In this document: positions 1 to 9,938 of the stretch, piece by piece
How the letters are laid out: every line of letters starts with the position of its first letter
Position numbering within the stretch: the stretch's first letter is position 1
Virus record (IMG/VR): IMGVR_UViG_3300014205_000170
Span: 128,001 to 192,000 of that record
Source: a virus
Lineage: Duplodnaviria > Caudoviricetes
Reading direction: 5' to 3' (one strand)
DNA length: 64,000 nt
The notes under the pieces: generated by a model
The model's input: the letters and a program-made list of their open reading frames with translations, nothing else
What the model was told of the DNA's origin: nothing
Database searches by the model: none
Made by a program: the position numbers and the translations under genes

Positions 1-1417
1 TCGTTATAATAGCGGAACCGATGCTCATACTTTTTTTACTTCAATCGGGTATTACGGCAAAAAAGACATTTTTAAATTAACTGCATTTTCTGGAAGTTCA
101 AAAAATCAAATGGCTTATTTACCAACAAACTTAAGCGATATTCAAAAAGACCCCAGAACAAACTATTTGAATGTAGATGAGAAAGATGATTTTCGACAAA
201 ACTTCATTCAATTACAGCACACAAGAAACACAGGAAAAAACTCATTCATTACAAGTAGTCTCTATCATATAGATTTACAAGGACAATATGGTGTATTAAT
301 CAAACCAACTTTATTGAATTTTTCATTGTCATCAAATTTATATGGTGTGATGAGTACATGGAATTTTACAAAGTCAAATTTCAATTTAAAAATAGGAGGA
401 AATGCATATACATATGTTAGATTTCATTCTATGGCTATTGCTCCGGAAATGAATACAAATATTTATCTGAATAAAGGCAATAAAAATGAGGTTAGTGCTT
501 TTACAAAACTATCTTATAAATTAAATAAAATTACCTTATTTGGAGATGCACAATATCGTAATACTACATTCTCGTACAAACCCAGTAAAGACTATACAAT
601 CAATGTTAAACCGGTAAATTGGACTTTTCTAAACCTTAAAGGAGGAATTACTTATGAAGCAAATACTAATTCATCTTATTATGTGTCAATAGGCCAAATG
701 TATCGAGAACCTACGCGCAATGATATGTTTGCTGGTTTTGATGATGTTGATACTTCTAATTACGCTTTGATAGGTAATCTTTATAGGGTTAAACCGGAAA
801 GTGTAATAGATTATGAAGCAGGTTATAGATTAAATTACAAAAAATTACATCTTTCTATAAATGGCTTTTATATGGAATTTAAAAATCAAATAGTCCCTAC
901 CGGACCTTATTCATATATTGGATTACCACTCACTCAAAATTTAAATTCCAATAGTAGACGATATGGTTTGGAAATTGAATACTTCTGTAATCCAATAAAA
1001 AACTTAACACTATCTGGAAACAGCACCATAATGAAAGCCAAAATTGATAAATACACTTCTGATTTTGATTCAACTTCTTATGAAAATATAACGCCATTAT
1101 TAACTCCACAATACATTGTAAATCAAAGTATCTCTTATTCATTTTTAAAACAAAAAATTGATTTGACACTTACAGGACGTTATGTAGGAACTCAATATTT
1201 AGGGAATGATAATAACAACAATTTAATAGTTCCTGAAGCTCTAACGTTTAATGTTGCATTGCTTTTAAATGTAACGAAACGTTTGAATATATCTTTCTTA
1301 TGTAACAACATTACTAATCAACGAATTTACAATGGTGGCTATTCAATAGCTTTAGACCCGTATTATTTCATTGGGGCTCCAAGAAATTTCTTTCTAACTC
1401 TAAAGCATACTTTTTAA
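1..1417 (+). CDS. TonB-dependent outer-membrane receptor, 5'-truncated by window edge (frame open from nt 2)
   Basis: Alternating beta-strand pattern, REPTRNDM and VKPESVIDYEAGY motifs, NNITNQRIY..Y..APRNFFLTLKHTF with C-terminal Phe; resembles Bacteroidetes vitamin receptors that sit beside pnuC. Confidence 0.85.
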   Translation, partial: RYNSGTDAHTFFTSIGYYGKKDIFKLTAFSGSSKNQMAYLPTNLSDIQKDPRTNYLNVDEKDDFRQNFIQLQHTRNTGKNSFITSSLYHIDLQGQYGVLIKPTLLNFSLSSNLYGVMSTWNFTKSNFNLKIGGNAYTYVRFHSMAIAPEMNTNIYLNKGNKNEVSAFTKLSYKLNKITLFGDAQYRNTTFSYKPSKDYTINVKPVNWTFLNLKGGITYEANTNSSYYVSIGQMYREPTRNDMFAGFDDVDTSNYALIGNLYRVKPESVIDYEAGYRLNYKKLHLSINGFYMEFKNQIVPTGPYSYIGLPLTQNLNSNSRRYGLEIEYFCNPIKNLTLSGNSTIMKAKIDKYTSDFDSTSYENITPLLTPQYIVNQSISYSFLKQKIDLTLTGRYVGTQYLGNDNNNNLIVPEALTFNVALLLNVTKRLNISFLCNNITNQRIYNGGYSIALDPYYFIGAPRNFFLTLKHTF

Positions 1418-1830
1418 TGTCGAGATACATTGACCCAAATAAAAGACATGTATTAGTAGAAAAAACGAATATCATTTACAGAGGTACACTTAGCATTGAT
1501 GAATATGGTTGTTTGCGTATTTATGACCTTGGAAATAAGAATGATTTTTATTTAATTGAAGATATTTTTATCAACTTCAAAAAAGGTGATAAAGTGTTTA
1601 TTCGATATTATATAACTAATGTAGAAGCGAAATTTAAAGATATACAAAAATCTCAGATACACAAATTGTGTGGAGGAGAGATTGAAGCTTTAAATTTTAT
1701 TTTAAATGCATATTCAGAGGTAACAATAGAAGATTATGATGAAACTCTTATTGTTGGAGGTCATGATTTATTTAGAGAATTGGTAAGTTTTGAAGGTAAA
1801 TACATAACATTAAACATACAAAAAAAATAA
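1417..1830 (+). CDS. hypothetical protein
   Basis: ORF abutting previous stop (TAATG overlap). Confidence 0.6.
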   Translation: MSRYIDPNKRHVLVEKTNIIYRGTLSIDEYGCLRIYDLGNKNDFYLIEDIFINFKKGDKVFIRYYITNVEAKFKDIQKSQIHKLCGGEIEALNFILNAYSEVTIEDYDETLIVGGHDLFRELVSFEGKYITLNIQKK

Positions 1831-1871
1831 TCAAATTTGTTAAATTAGAAAAAAACGCTTAATTTTAAAGA

Positions 1872-2453
1872 GTGATTTCAGAATTCATCATAGAAGCATT
1901 AGCTGTAAGTACTACAATATTGTCTGTAATAATATTAGCTAGAGGAAAATCATCTGGGTGGCTTTTTAGTGTTATTGGTTCTGTATTTTATTGCTGGATT
2001 TTTGTTTCTCAGAAACTTTATATGAATGCACTAATACAAATTGTTTTTATTTTACAAGGACTTTTTGGTTTGTTCAAATGGAATAAAGAAGTTCCAGCTA
2101 ATGAACAATTTCATAGCATTAAGTTAGACTTCGCATCATTTTTAATTTTCTCAGCAGTATCACTTGCAGTTTCTGTAATAACAACCACCATTCTATCAAC
2201 ATTATTAGATGCTCAATATCAATTTGTAGACACAACTTTATCGGTCTTTAGTATTTTTGCAACCATTATGCTCATTAAGCGATATATTCAAGCTTGGTTT
2301 ATTTGGATGATAGTTGATGTAGGATATGTTTATTTGTTTTTCGAAATTAATTTGTGGTTATCTACCGGTTTATATTTGTTATTATTCATTTTGTGTATCA
2401 ACGGATATGTACAATGGAATAAAAAAGGTACAATCAAAAATTTCTTAGTATGA
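1872..2453 (+). CDS. pnuC: nicotinamide riboside/vitamin transporter PnuC
   Basis: Multi-TM protein, W.F/IW..VD motif (AWFIWMIVDV), GY.QW C-terminus; nadR nearby. Confidence 0.9.
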   Translation: MISEFIIEALAVSTTILSVIILARGKSSGWLFSVIGSVFYCWIFVSQKLYMNALIQIVFILQGLFGLFKWNKEVPANEQFHSIKLDFASFLIFSAVSLAVSVITTTILSTLLDAQYQFVDTTLSVFSIFATIMLIKRYIQAWFIWMIVDVGYVYLFFEINLWLSTGLYLLLFILCINGYVQWNKKGTIKNFLV

Positions 2454-2677
2454 AACGTTATTATATAATATCCAGTGTATTGTTTGTTCTTTTATTCTTA
2501 GAAGATTATACTATTAAAACTTTACTAGACCATCCAATAACGCCACCAATTTGGTTGTCGTGTCTTTGTGGATTGGTTTGTCTTAATTTTTTAGCAGTTA
2601 TTACAATGGCTTTTTTGAATTTTATTAAAGATAAAAAATGGTTGTTTAAAATCAGACAATCAGATAAAAAAAATTAA
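2450..2677 (+). CDS. small 2-TM membrane protein
   Basis: Two hydrophobic segments, ATGA overlap with pnuC. Confidence 0.55.
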   Translation: MKRYYIISSVLFVLLFLEDYTIKTLLDHPITPPIWLSCLCGLVCLNFLAVITMAFLNFIKDKKWLFKIRQSDKKN

Positions 2678-2678
2678 G

Positions 2679-3017
2679 ATGGAAAATATTAATGAAACAC
2701 AAAATAAAATTTATGTTGAAATGGCTGCTTATGAGAAAGAAGTTAAGGAACATAATTTAAAAATAACTCAATCAATAGGAGCTACCAAACAAGATATTGA
2801 TATATTGTTAAACGGTTCTACCATTACAAATAAAATGGAATTAGTAAAAGAACAAAAAGGTATCAAAGATGATTTGGAAAAAAATAAAATATTCAAAGAA
2901 GTTTATGTTGATGAAAAGAAAACTCCTAATGGAGAAAGTGGTGACTACTCTTATAGTGGTCACGTTTATGGAAAATTGAAAAAAAACGAATGGTTGAAAA
3001 TTCCATTTGAATGTTAA
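2679..3017 (+). CDS. hypothetical protein
   Basis: ORF in tight operon. Confidence 0.55.
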   Translation: MENINETQNKIYVEMAAYEKEVKEHNLKITQSIGATKQDIDILLNGSTITNKMELVKEQKGIKDDLEKNKIFKEVYVDEKKTPNGESGDYSYSGHVYGKLKKNEWLKIPFEC

Positions 3018-3027
3018 TCTATACAGT

Positions 3028-4053
3028 ATGAAAAAGCAATATAAACGTGGGTTATTATTAGGAAAGTTTATGCCTTTACATAAAGGGCATCAACATTTGA
3101 TATCTAGCGGTTATGACAAATGTGACCATTTAACTGTATTAGCATGTAGTTTGTCAAAAGAGCCTATTCCTGGTTATTTAAGAGCAAGATGGGTTAAAGA
3201 ATATTGTAATAAATTAGATACTTCCATTAGTGTAGTTGATATGCGCGAAAATTTGCCACAACTGCCAGAAGAACATGAAAAATTTTGGGAAATCTGGTGT
3301 GATGTAATTAATCGCTCAGCTCCAAATGGTTTAGATGTTATTTTTTCTTCTGAAGATTATGGATTTGAACTAGCAAAAAGACTTGGAATAAAACATGAAT
3401 TAATTGATAAAGAAAGAAAAACTGTTCCAATATCAGGAACAGCTATTAGAAATAATCCTTTTGATAATTGGCAATTCATTCCAAATCATGTTAAACCATA
3501 TTTTCTACATCGCATTTATTTTTTAGGCCCAGAATCCACCGGTAAATCAACAATTTCTAAACTATTATCAGAAGAAGAAGAGTTTGAAACAAATTGGGTT
3601 CCAGAATATGGTCGTATTTTATATGAAAAAAATGTTGGAGAACTTTCATTAATGGATTTTCATGAAATTGTTATTAAACAAAGAGAAATAGAACAACAAT
3701 TAGCAGAAAGGTGTTCTAAGCAATTTATGTTTTGTGATACAGAAGTAATAACAACAAAAATATTTTCTAAATTATATTATCCAAAAGAATCTGTTAAATT
3801 AAATCATTTTTTCAATTACCACATTAAAAAACAATTAGATAATAATTGCCATTTTTTCATAATGCATCCAGATGGAACAAAATCTGTTCAAGATGGAACA
3901 AGAAATTATATTAAAGACAAAGAGAGGTTAAAACATTTTACAAAAATTATTTCTGAATTAAAAAACTGGAATGTATCTTACACAATTTTAACTGGAGAAT
4001 ATAACGATAGAATACAAACGGTGAAAAATTACTTAAAGAACATTGTACAATAA
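3028..4053 (+). CDS. nadR: NadR-type bifunctional NMN adenylyltransferase / ribosylnicotinamide kinase (no N-terminal HTH)
   Basis: GKFMPLHKGH (HxGH), FSSEDYG, PISGTAIR, P-loop GPESTGKST, EYGR, QDGTR; ATG at 3028 preferred. Confidence 0.92.
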   Translation: MKKQYKRGLLLGKFMPLHKGHQHLISSGYDKCDHLTVLACSLSKEPIPGYLRARWVKEYCNKLDTSISVVDMRENLPQLPEEHEKFWEIWCDVINRSAPNGLDVIFSSEDYGFELAKRLGIKHELIDKERKTVPISGTAIRNNPFDNWQFIPNHVKPYFLHRIYFLGPESTGKSTISKLLSEEEEFETNWVPEYGRILYEKNVGELSLMDFHEIVIKQREIEQQLAERCSKQFMFCDTEVITTKIFSKLYYPKESVKLNHFFNYHIKKQLDNNCHFFIMHPDGTKSVQDGTRNYIKDKERLKHFTKIISELKNWNVSYTILTGEYNDRIQTVKNYLKNIVQ

Positions 4054-4054
4054 T

Positions 4055-4537
4055 ATGAATACGGAGCAAAAAGATTTTAAAGATTGGGGTGACCATTTTC
4101 AAACACCGGAACACATTTGTAATTACATGGCTTCGTTTCTTCCTCAGAATGCTGGTCTTATTTTAGAGCCAACTCCTGGAAAAGGAAAATTAGTCAAAGC
4201 TTTACAAGCACATGGCACCGTATTCTCTCCAGAAGATTTTAATAAAATGACTAAAAATAACTTTGATTGGATAGTTATGAATCCGCCATTTACTCCAATG
4301 AAACAAGGTTATGAGATTCTATATAAGTGCATGGAAATGTCTGAAAATATTATTGCACTAATGCCATACTTAGCAATTATTAATGGCGAAAAAAGGACAA
4401 AAGACATTATGAATTGGGGTTTAAAATCCATTACACATTTACCAAGAAGTACTTTTAAGGGTAGTAGAGTTCAAACTTGCATTTTAGAAATGAAAAAAGA
4501 TTGGAAGACAGAAACGGTTTTTAAGTTATTACCATGA
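4055..4537 (+). CDS. minimal amino (N6A/N4C) DNA methyltransferase
   Basis: DHFQTP, ILEPTPGKG (SAM motif), VMNPPF catalytic motif. Confidence 0.75.
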   Translation: MNTEQKDFKDWGDHFQTPEHICNYMASFLPQNAGLILEPTPGKGKLVKALQAHGTVFSPEDFNKMTKNNFDWIVMNPPFTPMKQGYEILYKCMEMSENIIALMPYLAIINGEKRTKDIMNWGLKSITHLPRSTFKGSRVQTCILEMKKDWKTETVFKLLP

Positions 4538-5097
4538 ATTCATTTTTCAACATAAAACCAGAATTCTTAAAAGAAAATTTTTCTAATCCCCCAATATTCA
4601 AAACTGTATTTGTTGAAAAAACAAGTTTTAAAAAAAATGAACTTTTATCTAGTTTACATTTTTCAGGAGATTGGGACGGTATTCACTACATCGATAACAA
4701 TATTGCATTAATATCTAAGAGTAGTTCAGGACAACTTGTTCTTGTAGGTTATACCACCAGAGAATCTCAAAAATCCAAAGATAATTTTGTCCCCCTTAGC
4801 TTATTGATGAATGACACTATTTTATTATCTATTGTTTTATTTTTAGATGTAAACATTACATCTGAAACTGTTGGTTTCAATAGACAAAATGTTATGAATA
4901 TGCATATTTTTGCTTTATCATGGTTTTATAAAATATTACCAAAATTTCGAGAGAGAATGTCTAAATTTAATAAAGGAAATTTAAGTCATAACGGCGTAAA
5001 TAAATTTATGAGTTACACAAGAAGTAACTTTAAAAATGAATTACAATATTTTAAAGCAGTTCTAATAAAAGCAGAAGACAACAAATACATTTGTTAA
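4534..5097 (+). CDS. hypothetical protein
   Basis: 187 aa ORF, ATGA overlap. Confidence 0.55.
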   Translation: MNSFFNIKPEFLKENFSNPPIFKTVFVEKTSFKKNELLSSLHFSGDWDGIHYIDNNIALISKSSSGQLVLVGYTTRESQKSKDNFVPLSLLMNDTILLSIVLFLDVNITSETVGFNRQNVMNMHIFALSWFYKILPKFRERMSKFNKGNLSHNGVNKFMSYTRSNFKNELQYFKAVLIKAEDNKYIC

Positions 5098-5112
5098 TTC
5101 TTGAAAATAATG

Positions 5113-5120
5113 TAACTTTG
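5113..5120 (+). promoter_or_regulatory. Bacteroidetes primary-sigma -7 element TAnnTTTG (TTTG at 5090, 19 nt upstream)
   Basis: TAACTTTG 14 nt before ATG 5135. Same motif on + at 7705, 9257, 11908, 14988 and on - at 18523, 30662, 32871, 45161, 49546, 58700, 61682. Confidence 0.75.
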
Positions 5121-5134
5121 TAAAAAACTACATT

Positions 5135-5797
5135 ATGCCTACAATTACTCTGCTTTCTGATTCTCACGGACTTCATAATAAAATTCCAAAAGAATGGCTT
5201 CCTGATACTGATTGGATTTTACATCCTGGAGATGTGTCTTCTATGGGAACAATAGACCAAATATCAGATTTTGTAAATTGGTTTAGTACAGTAGGAAATT
5301 ATAAGTTTCGATGCTTTATAGCCGGTAATCATGATTGGCTTTTTCAAAGAAATCCTTATGTAGCTAAATCTTTAATTCCAACAAATGTAACTTATTTAGA
5401 AAATTCAGAAGTCATAATAGATGGTATTAAAATTTACGGAGTACCTCAACAACCAGAATTTTATCAATGGGCATTTAACGTACAAAGAGGTTATATGCAT
5501 AATTATTGGTCTAAAGTTCCTGATGATGTTCAAATTTTATTAAGCCATGGACCACCGGCTGGTATTTTAGATATGACCTTAGAAGGTGATTCTTGTGGAT
5601 GCACAGAAATGTTACAAAGATTGCCTGAACTTAAAGAATTGAAACTAATCGTTTGTGGACACATTCATGAAGCAAGAGGTATTTTTGAGGGTGCAGATGG
5701 TCAAAAAATAGTTAATGCTTCTGTGCTTAATAGAAGCTATAAATTAGTGAATAAACCATTCATCATTGATACTAAAGATTGGAAAATTCTTAAGTAA
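5135..5797 (+). CDS. calcineurin-like metallophosphoesterase
   Basis: SDSHG, HPGD, AGNHD, SHGPP, CGHIHE motifs. Confidence 0.9.
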   Translation: MPTITLLSDSHGLHNKIPKEWLPDTDWILHPGDVSSMGTIDQISDFVNWFSTVGNYKFRCFIAGNHDWLFQRNPYVAKSLIPTNVTYLENSEVIIDGIKIYGVPQQPEFYQWAFNVQRGYMHNYWSKVPDDVQILLSHGPPAGILDMTLEGDSCGCTEMLQRLPELKELKLIVCGHIHEARGIFEGADGQKIVNASVLNRSYKLVNKPFIIDTKDWKILK

Positions 5798-5821
5798 CAA
5801 AATAACTTCTTTTTCGTTTAA
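5793..5821 (+). promoter_or_regulatory. alternative/ECF-sigma-type promoter AGTAAC-N16-CGTTTAA
   Basis: One of 7 copies with identical 16-nt spacer; upstream of rnhA. Confidence 0.75.
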
Positions 5822-5826
5822 TCCAT

Positions 5827-6309
5827 ATGGAATCTCCTAATGTTATTATTTATACAGATGGCTCTTGCATGCCAAATCCCGGAAGAGGCGGATGTGCATG
5901 TGTCATGCTTTATAAGGGACACAGAAAGGAACTAAGCGCCGGATATACACTTAGCACTAATAGTCGAATGGAAATTATGGGTGCCATTTTAGCTTTGGAA
6001 GCCATTAAAAATCCGGAAATTAAAATCATTATCAATTCAGATTCTCAATATTTAGTTAATTCATTCAATAAAGGGTGGTTGTTTAACTGGGAAAAAAATA
6101 AATTTCAAGGAAGAGAAAACGCAGATTTATGGATTAAATTATTAGCTTTATACAGAAAATGTTCAGAGGTTGAATTTGTTTGGGTACGAGGACATAATGG
6201 AGATACGGAAAACGAAAGGTGTGATAAATTAGCTAACAAAGCAGCGCAAAATCCAACACTAAAAGATATTGAATACTTAAAAAAAGTAGAAAAATCCAAC
6301 AATGGCTAA
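5827..6309 (+). CDS. rnhA: ribonuclease HI
   Basis: YTDGSC.PNPG.GG, TNSRME, SDSQY, WVRGH, NERCD. Confidence 0.95.
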   Translation: MESPNVIIYTDGSCMPNPGRGGCACVMLYKGHRKELSAGYTLSTNSRMEIMGAILALEAIKNPEIKIIINSDSQYLVNSFNKGWLFNWEKNKFQGRENADLWIKLLALYRKCSEVEFVWVRGHNGDTENERCDKLANKAAQNPTLKDIEYLKKVEKSNNG

Positions 6310-6700
6310 AAAAGATTTAAAAGACATAACTAAACTTACCGAAAAGGAGTTTATCGACTTAGCGTTTTTATCCAGTTGGATAAATAAAAAGTATTGGAAC
6401 GAAAAGTCAGCAAAATATCTTGGAAAAAAATACCAATATAAAACTCTTCAGGTTCCAAAAGAATTTAGAGGAAAACCATATAATGCGAGATTTCATGTGG
6501 TGTATCTTTTTTCAAATCCTTCTATGGAACATCAACTTGATAGAATTTTTGTAGTAGACTTTGAATATAGAAATAAATTTAGACTTTATAATATTTCTCA
6601 AGACAAAAAATCATTGATTAATGTTGAATTATTTCATGATGATTTATTTCAAATGCACAAATATCTTATTGAACACGGTTACGAAATTAAAAATCCTTAA
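6302..6700 (+). CDS. hypothetical protein
   Basis: ORF in operon. Confidence 0.55.
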   Translation: MAKKDLKDITKLTEKEFIDLAFLSSWINKKYWNEKSAKYLGKKYQYKTLQVPKEFRGKPYNARFHVVYLFSNPSMEHQLDRIFVVDFEYRNKFRLYNISQDKKSLINVELFHDDLFQMHKYLIEHGYEIKNP

Positions 6701-6705
6701 GAATT

Positions 6706-7008
6706 ATGAGTAAAACGCTTAATAAACAATCTGGAAAATTTATTGGATATCTAACTACGTTTGAGGGTAGCGGTATTGTCTGGGCCGATAATGTAGAAGA
6801 AATTAAAACAGAATGGTGTACCGGCATGGCTATTTTTGAAAGTAATGGTTTAGATGTGAAAAAACTTAAAGAAGCATTTCCAGAACCTCCAGAAAGAGGT
6901 GTTGTATTGGATTATCTAAGTGAAAACTTAATTTTCGTACACCAAGAAGGTGTAATAGTTGGAAAACTCAAACAAAAAAGAGAAACCTTAATAGAAAAAA
7001 CAAAATAA
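6706..7008 (+). CDS. hypothetical protein
   Basis: ORF in operon. Confidence 0.55.
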   Translation: MSKTLNKQSGKFIGYLTTFEGSGIVWADNVEEIKTEWCTGMAIFESNGLDVKKLKEAFPEPPERGVVLDYLSENLIFVHQEGVIVGKLKQKRETLIEKTK

Positions 7009-7009
7009 T

Positions 7010-7303
7010 ATGTCAAAAGGAATAATTGAAAATCAAAAAACAGAAGCAAAAATTTCTATTCAAACAAACATGAATGGTGATGATACACATTATCATGTTC
7101 AAGCAAAAAAAGGAAATTTTGAAGTTATATGTAAAGGAGATGGTACTTTGACAGTTAAATCCTCTTTTAAAACAATGCACTCAGCTATTGGTGGAAGAGG
7201 AGAAGATGATGGACACAACGCTTCTTTTTCTGATAAAGATTGTAAAACACAATCTGAAGTAGCATCAAATATTTTAGAATTATTAATGGTTATTTCTGAA
7301 TAA
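7010..7303 (+). CDS. hypothetical protein
   Basis: ORF in operon. Confidence 0.55.
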   Translation: MSKGIIENQKTEAKISIQTNMNGDDTHYHVQAKKGNFEVICKGDGTLTVKSSFKTMHSAIGGRGEDDGHNASFSDKDCKTQSEVASNILELLMVISE

Positions 7304-7672
7304 ATGAGCGGACCCTTATTGATATTTATTATTGTACTATTATTCATAATTAGTGCTTTTTTGTTTGAAAATAATCCGGTGACAGCAAGAATTTTTGTAT
7401 TAACAGGCATTTCTTTGACAGTTTGGTTATGTCTAGGAGTTAGTCAAGCAAACGAAAATAAAAAATTTCTTTATGCAACACCAGTTATCTTTCAAGGGAA
7501 AATCGCTTTTATTACAGATGAACAAAAGTTAATAAATTGTTCTGAAGAATTTAAGGTACAATTTAAACCAAATGATAGTATCTATATTTTTAAAGAGTTA
7601 GATAGTTGGGCATTAGGGATACGATGGTCTGGTGGCTCTATTCAGTATAATCTGAACAGATATGAAAAATAA
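7304..7672 (+). CDS. membrane protein (2 N-terminal TM)
   Basis: Hydrophobic N-terminal helices. Confidence 0.55.
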   Translation: MSGPLLIFIIVLLFIISAFLFENNPVTARIFVLTGISLTVWLCLGVSQANENKKFLYATPVIFQGKIAFITDEQKLINCSEEFKVQFKPNDSIYIFKELDSWALGIRWSGGSIQYNLNRYEK

Positions 7673-7748
7673 ATAGTAATGTTGAAAATCTCATAAGAAA
7701 TTAGTAATTTTGAGAAGTAGAATAATTGCCAATTCTAGTTTTTAAAAA

Positions 7749-8303
7749 ATGAGACATATAAACATTAAGAAAAAAATCGCAGAAAAAATATTAGAAATTC
7801 TTCCAACTATTATACAAGCTCGATTGTTTTTAGAAGAAGAAGATTTTACAGAATTCACTTGGAATCAAACAGCTTCAAAACCGAATGAGTCTCATGACGA
7901 TAATCTGAGTTTAGCTATTACGATGAATTCTTCTTTTAATTTTACACATGGTTCTATAACTAAATCAACATTACATATTGACCCAGTAAGACAAGAAGAG
8001 TTGGGAGTAATTCAATATAATGATAGATTTCATCCTGGTTTTTTTATAAATCGTCATCAACAATATAGATGTGTAACTGAAAGTTTTGATTTTCATGATT
8101 CAAAATCATTAATTAAGTACCTTTGCTTTCAAGTTTCAATGAGAACTTTAGTAAATTTATGTCACAACATAACACAAGAATTAGAATCTTTTAATAATCC
8201 GGCAAATTTTCACTTAGGAACAGTAAAGAAATTTTTGGATATAGATTCTAATTTTAATATATTTGATTCTGAAACCAGATACGTTTTAATGGAAAAAATA
8301 TAA
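7749..8303 (+). CDS. hypothetical protein, tandem family member 1
   Basis: Ends TRYVLMEKI; similar size and termini to next two ORFs. Confidence 0.6.
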   Translation: MRHINIKKKIAEKILEILPTIIQARLFLEEEDFTEFTWNQTASKPNESHDDNLSLAITMNSSFNFTHGSITKSTLHIDPVRQEELGVIQYNDRFHPGFFINRHQQYRCVTESFDFHDSKSLIKYLCFQVSMRTLVNLCHNITQELESFNNPANFHLGTVKKFLDIDSNFNIFDSETRYVLMEKI

Positions 8304-8307
8304 TCTA

Positions 8308-8742
8308 ATGACTGAGGAGCAAACAAACAAGTTAATTGATATAATTTCTACAATTCTAATTCCGAACGTTTTTGAATTACAAAATTCAAAATTATATCCA
8401 GAACAATTTTCTTTCCACATTTCACATTATGATTTTATTATTGAAAATAATGAAATATTTCTTGTTCGCCTAAGTTTAAGTCCGGGTGGAAGACTCAGAC
8501 ATGATGAAGCTCCACGAATACGTTTGGATTTAAAAGAACTACGAAAATGGGATATTCCTGGACATTCACTAGCAAATATTGATTATAAAAGATTTTTAAA
8601 AATATTGTCAGAAAAATTAGTAAGCTTTATAAAAGAAGCTGAAATTTATCAAAATGATATAAAAGATATTTTTCATTTTGCTAATACAATTTCTTTACCT
8701 TTGTTTAGAACTGTAATCTTAGAAAAACATAAAATTTTTTAA
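8308..8742 (+). CDS. hypothetical protein, tandem family member 2
   Basis: Ends FRTVILEKHKIF. Confidence 0.6.
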   Translation: MTEEQTNKLIDIISTILIPNVFELQNSKLYPEQFSFHISHYDFIIENNEIFLVRLSLSPGGRLRHDEAPRIRLDLKELRKWDIPGHSLANIDYKRFLKILSEKLVSFIKEAEIYQNDIKDIFHFANTISLPLFRTVILEKHKIF

Positions 8743-9251
8743 TGAAAAACAAGAATTTATATAACGATATTTTAGATGCTTTAATAGAAAAAGTTATTCC
8801 ATCAATAGTAAACAATCTTCAAGAAATGGGTATGGATAATTTCAGTTCAGCCATATTCGCAAGCTTTTCTTTACCGATTTTTAAATATATCAATCAAGAA
8901 TTTCCTTATCAAATAGATGACCTTCCAAAAGTCAAAACAGCCGACAATCAAGAACAAATCTTTGTGGTATTAAACATAAATTCAAAAGGAGAATTAATAA
9001 TATCAAAAGATGTAAGAACAAATGAGTTGGGATTAACGGAATTGACAGAGCCAATATTAATTTCCGACAATGCTGCTGAGGCTTTTAAAAACATGAATTT
9101 AAATACACAATTATTGTTTTATTTTTCAAACGAATTAACCCAGAGAGTGAAGGTTCAAGAAGCAGATAAGTTACAAATGATTGATTTATTTGAAAATATG
9201 AATAAAGTTAATTTAAAATTAACTCGAAAAACCTTAATGGAGAAGAAATAA
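8742..9251 (+). CDS. hypothetical protein, tandem family member 3
   Basis: Ends TRKTLMEKK. Confidence 0.6.
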   Translation: MKNKNLYNDILDALIEKVIPSIVNNLQEMGMDNFSSAIFASFSLPIFKYINQEFPYQIDDLPKVKTADNQEQIFVVLNINSKGELIISKDVRTNELGLTELTEPILISDNAAEAFKNMNLNTQLLFYFSNELTQRVKVQEADKLQMIDLFENMNKVNLKLTRKTLMEKK

Positions 9252-9268
9252 TTTACTATATTTGCAAT

Positions 9269-9934
9269 ATGGACAACAAGATAAATTGGAGCTCAGAGGA
9301 ATTGAATTTTAATAATGAGAAACCTCTTCAAACACAAGAAGATAAAAAAACCGAAGAAAAAGATAATAAGGCTATTGAATATTCTCCCAGAATAGTTCAA
9401 GAACATGAAGTTATTTTTGATAATAATTGGTTGAAAGTAAAAAGAGCCGGAGGATATATTTATTCTGAACGTAAAGGAGTGGATTCAGTAGCATTCGTAT
9501 TAATTGCTATTAATGCTGCTGATGAGCGTAGAATAGGATTGATAAACGAATTTAAAGACCCAATACAAGATTTTCTCACCACAGCATTTGGTGGTTCAAT
9601 TGACAATGAAAAATACCATAAAGATTTAAGATTATTGGTAAAAGATGAGGTTATTGAAGAAGCTGGATTTGATGTTTCTTTCAATCAAATTGAATATCAT
9701 GGTAAAGCAATGGTTTCAACTCAAAGTAATCAATTTTGTCATTTATTTTCTGTTGAAGTTGATAAAATGAAACAAGGAGATAGAACAACGACCAATGCTA
9801 CAGAATTAAAATCCACTGTCACTTGGCTTTCTATGTCAGAAATAAAACAATTAGATGATTGGAAATCTCAAACTATCATTTTAAGAAGAATGATGTCAAG
9901 AAATGGTTTAGTTTATGTAAGTACTGCCAAGTAG
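9269..9934 (+). CDS. Nudix-fold hydrolase
   Basis: FGGSID...VKDEVIEEAG variant Nudix box. Confidence 0.7.
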   Translation: MDNKINWSSEELNFNNEKPLQTQEDKKTEEKDNKAIEYSPRIVQEHEVIFDNNWLKVKRAGGYIYSERKGVDSVAFVLIAINAADERRIGLINEFKDPIQDFLTTAFGGSIDNEKYHKDLRLLVKDEVIEEAGFDVSFNQIEYHGKAMVSTQSNQFCHLFSVEVDKMKQGDRTTTNATELKSTVTWLSMSEIKQLDDWKSQTIILRRMMSRNGLVYVSTAK

Positions 9935-9938
9935 CAAC

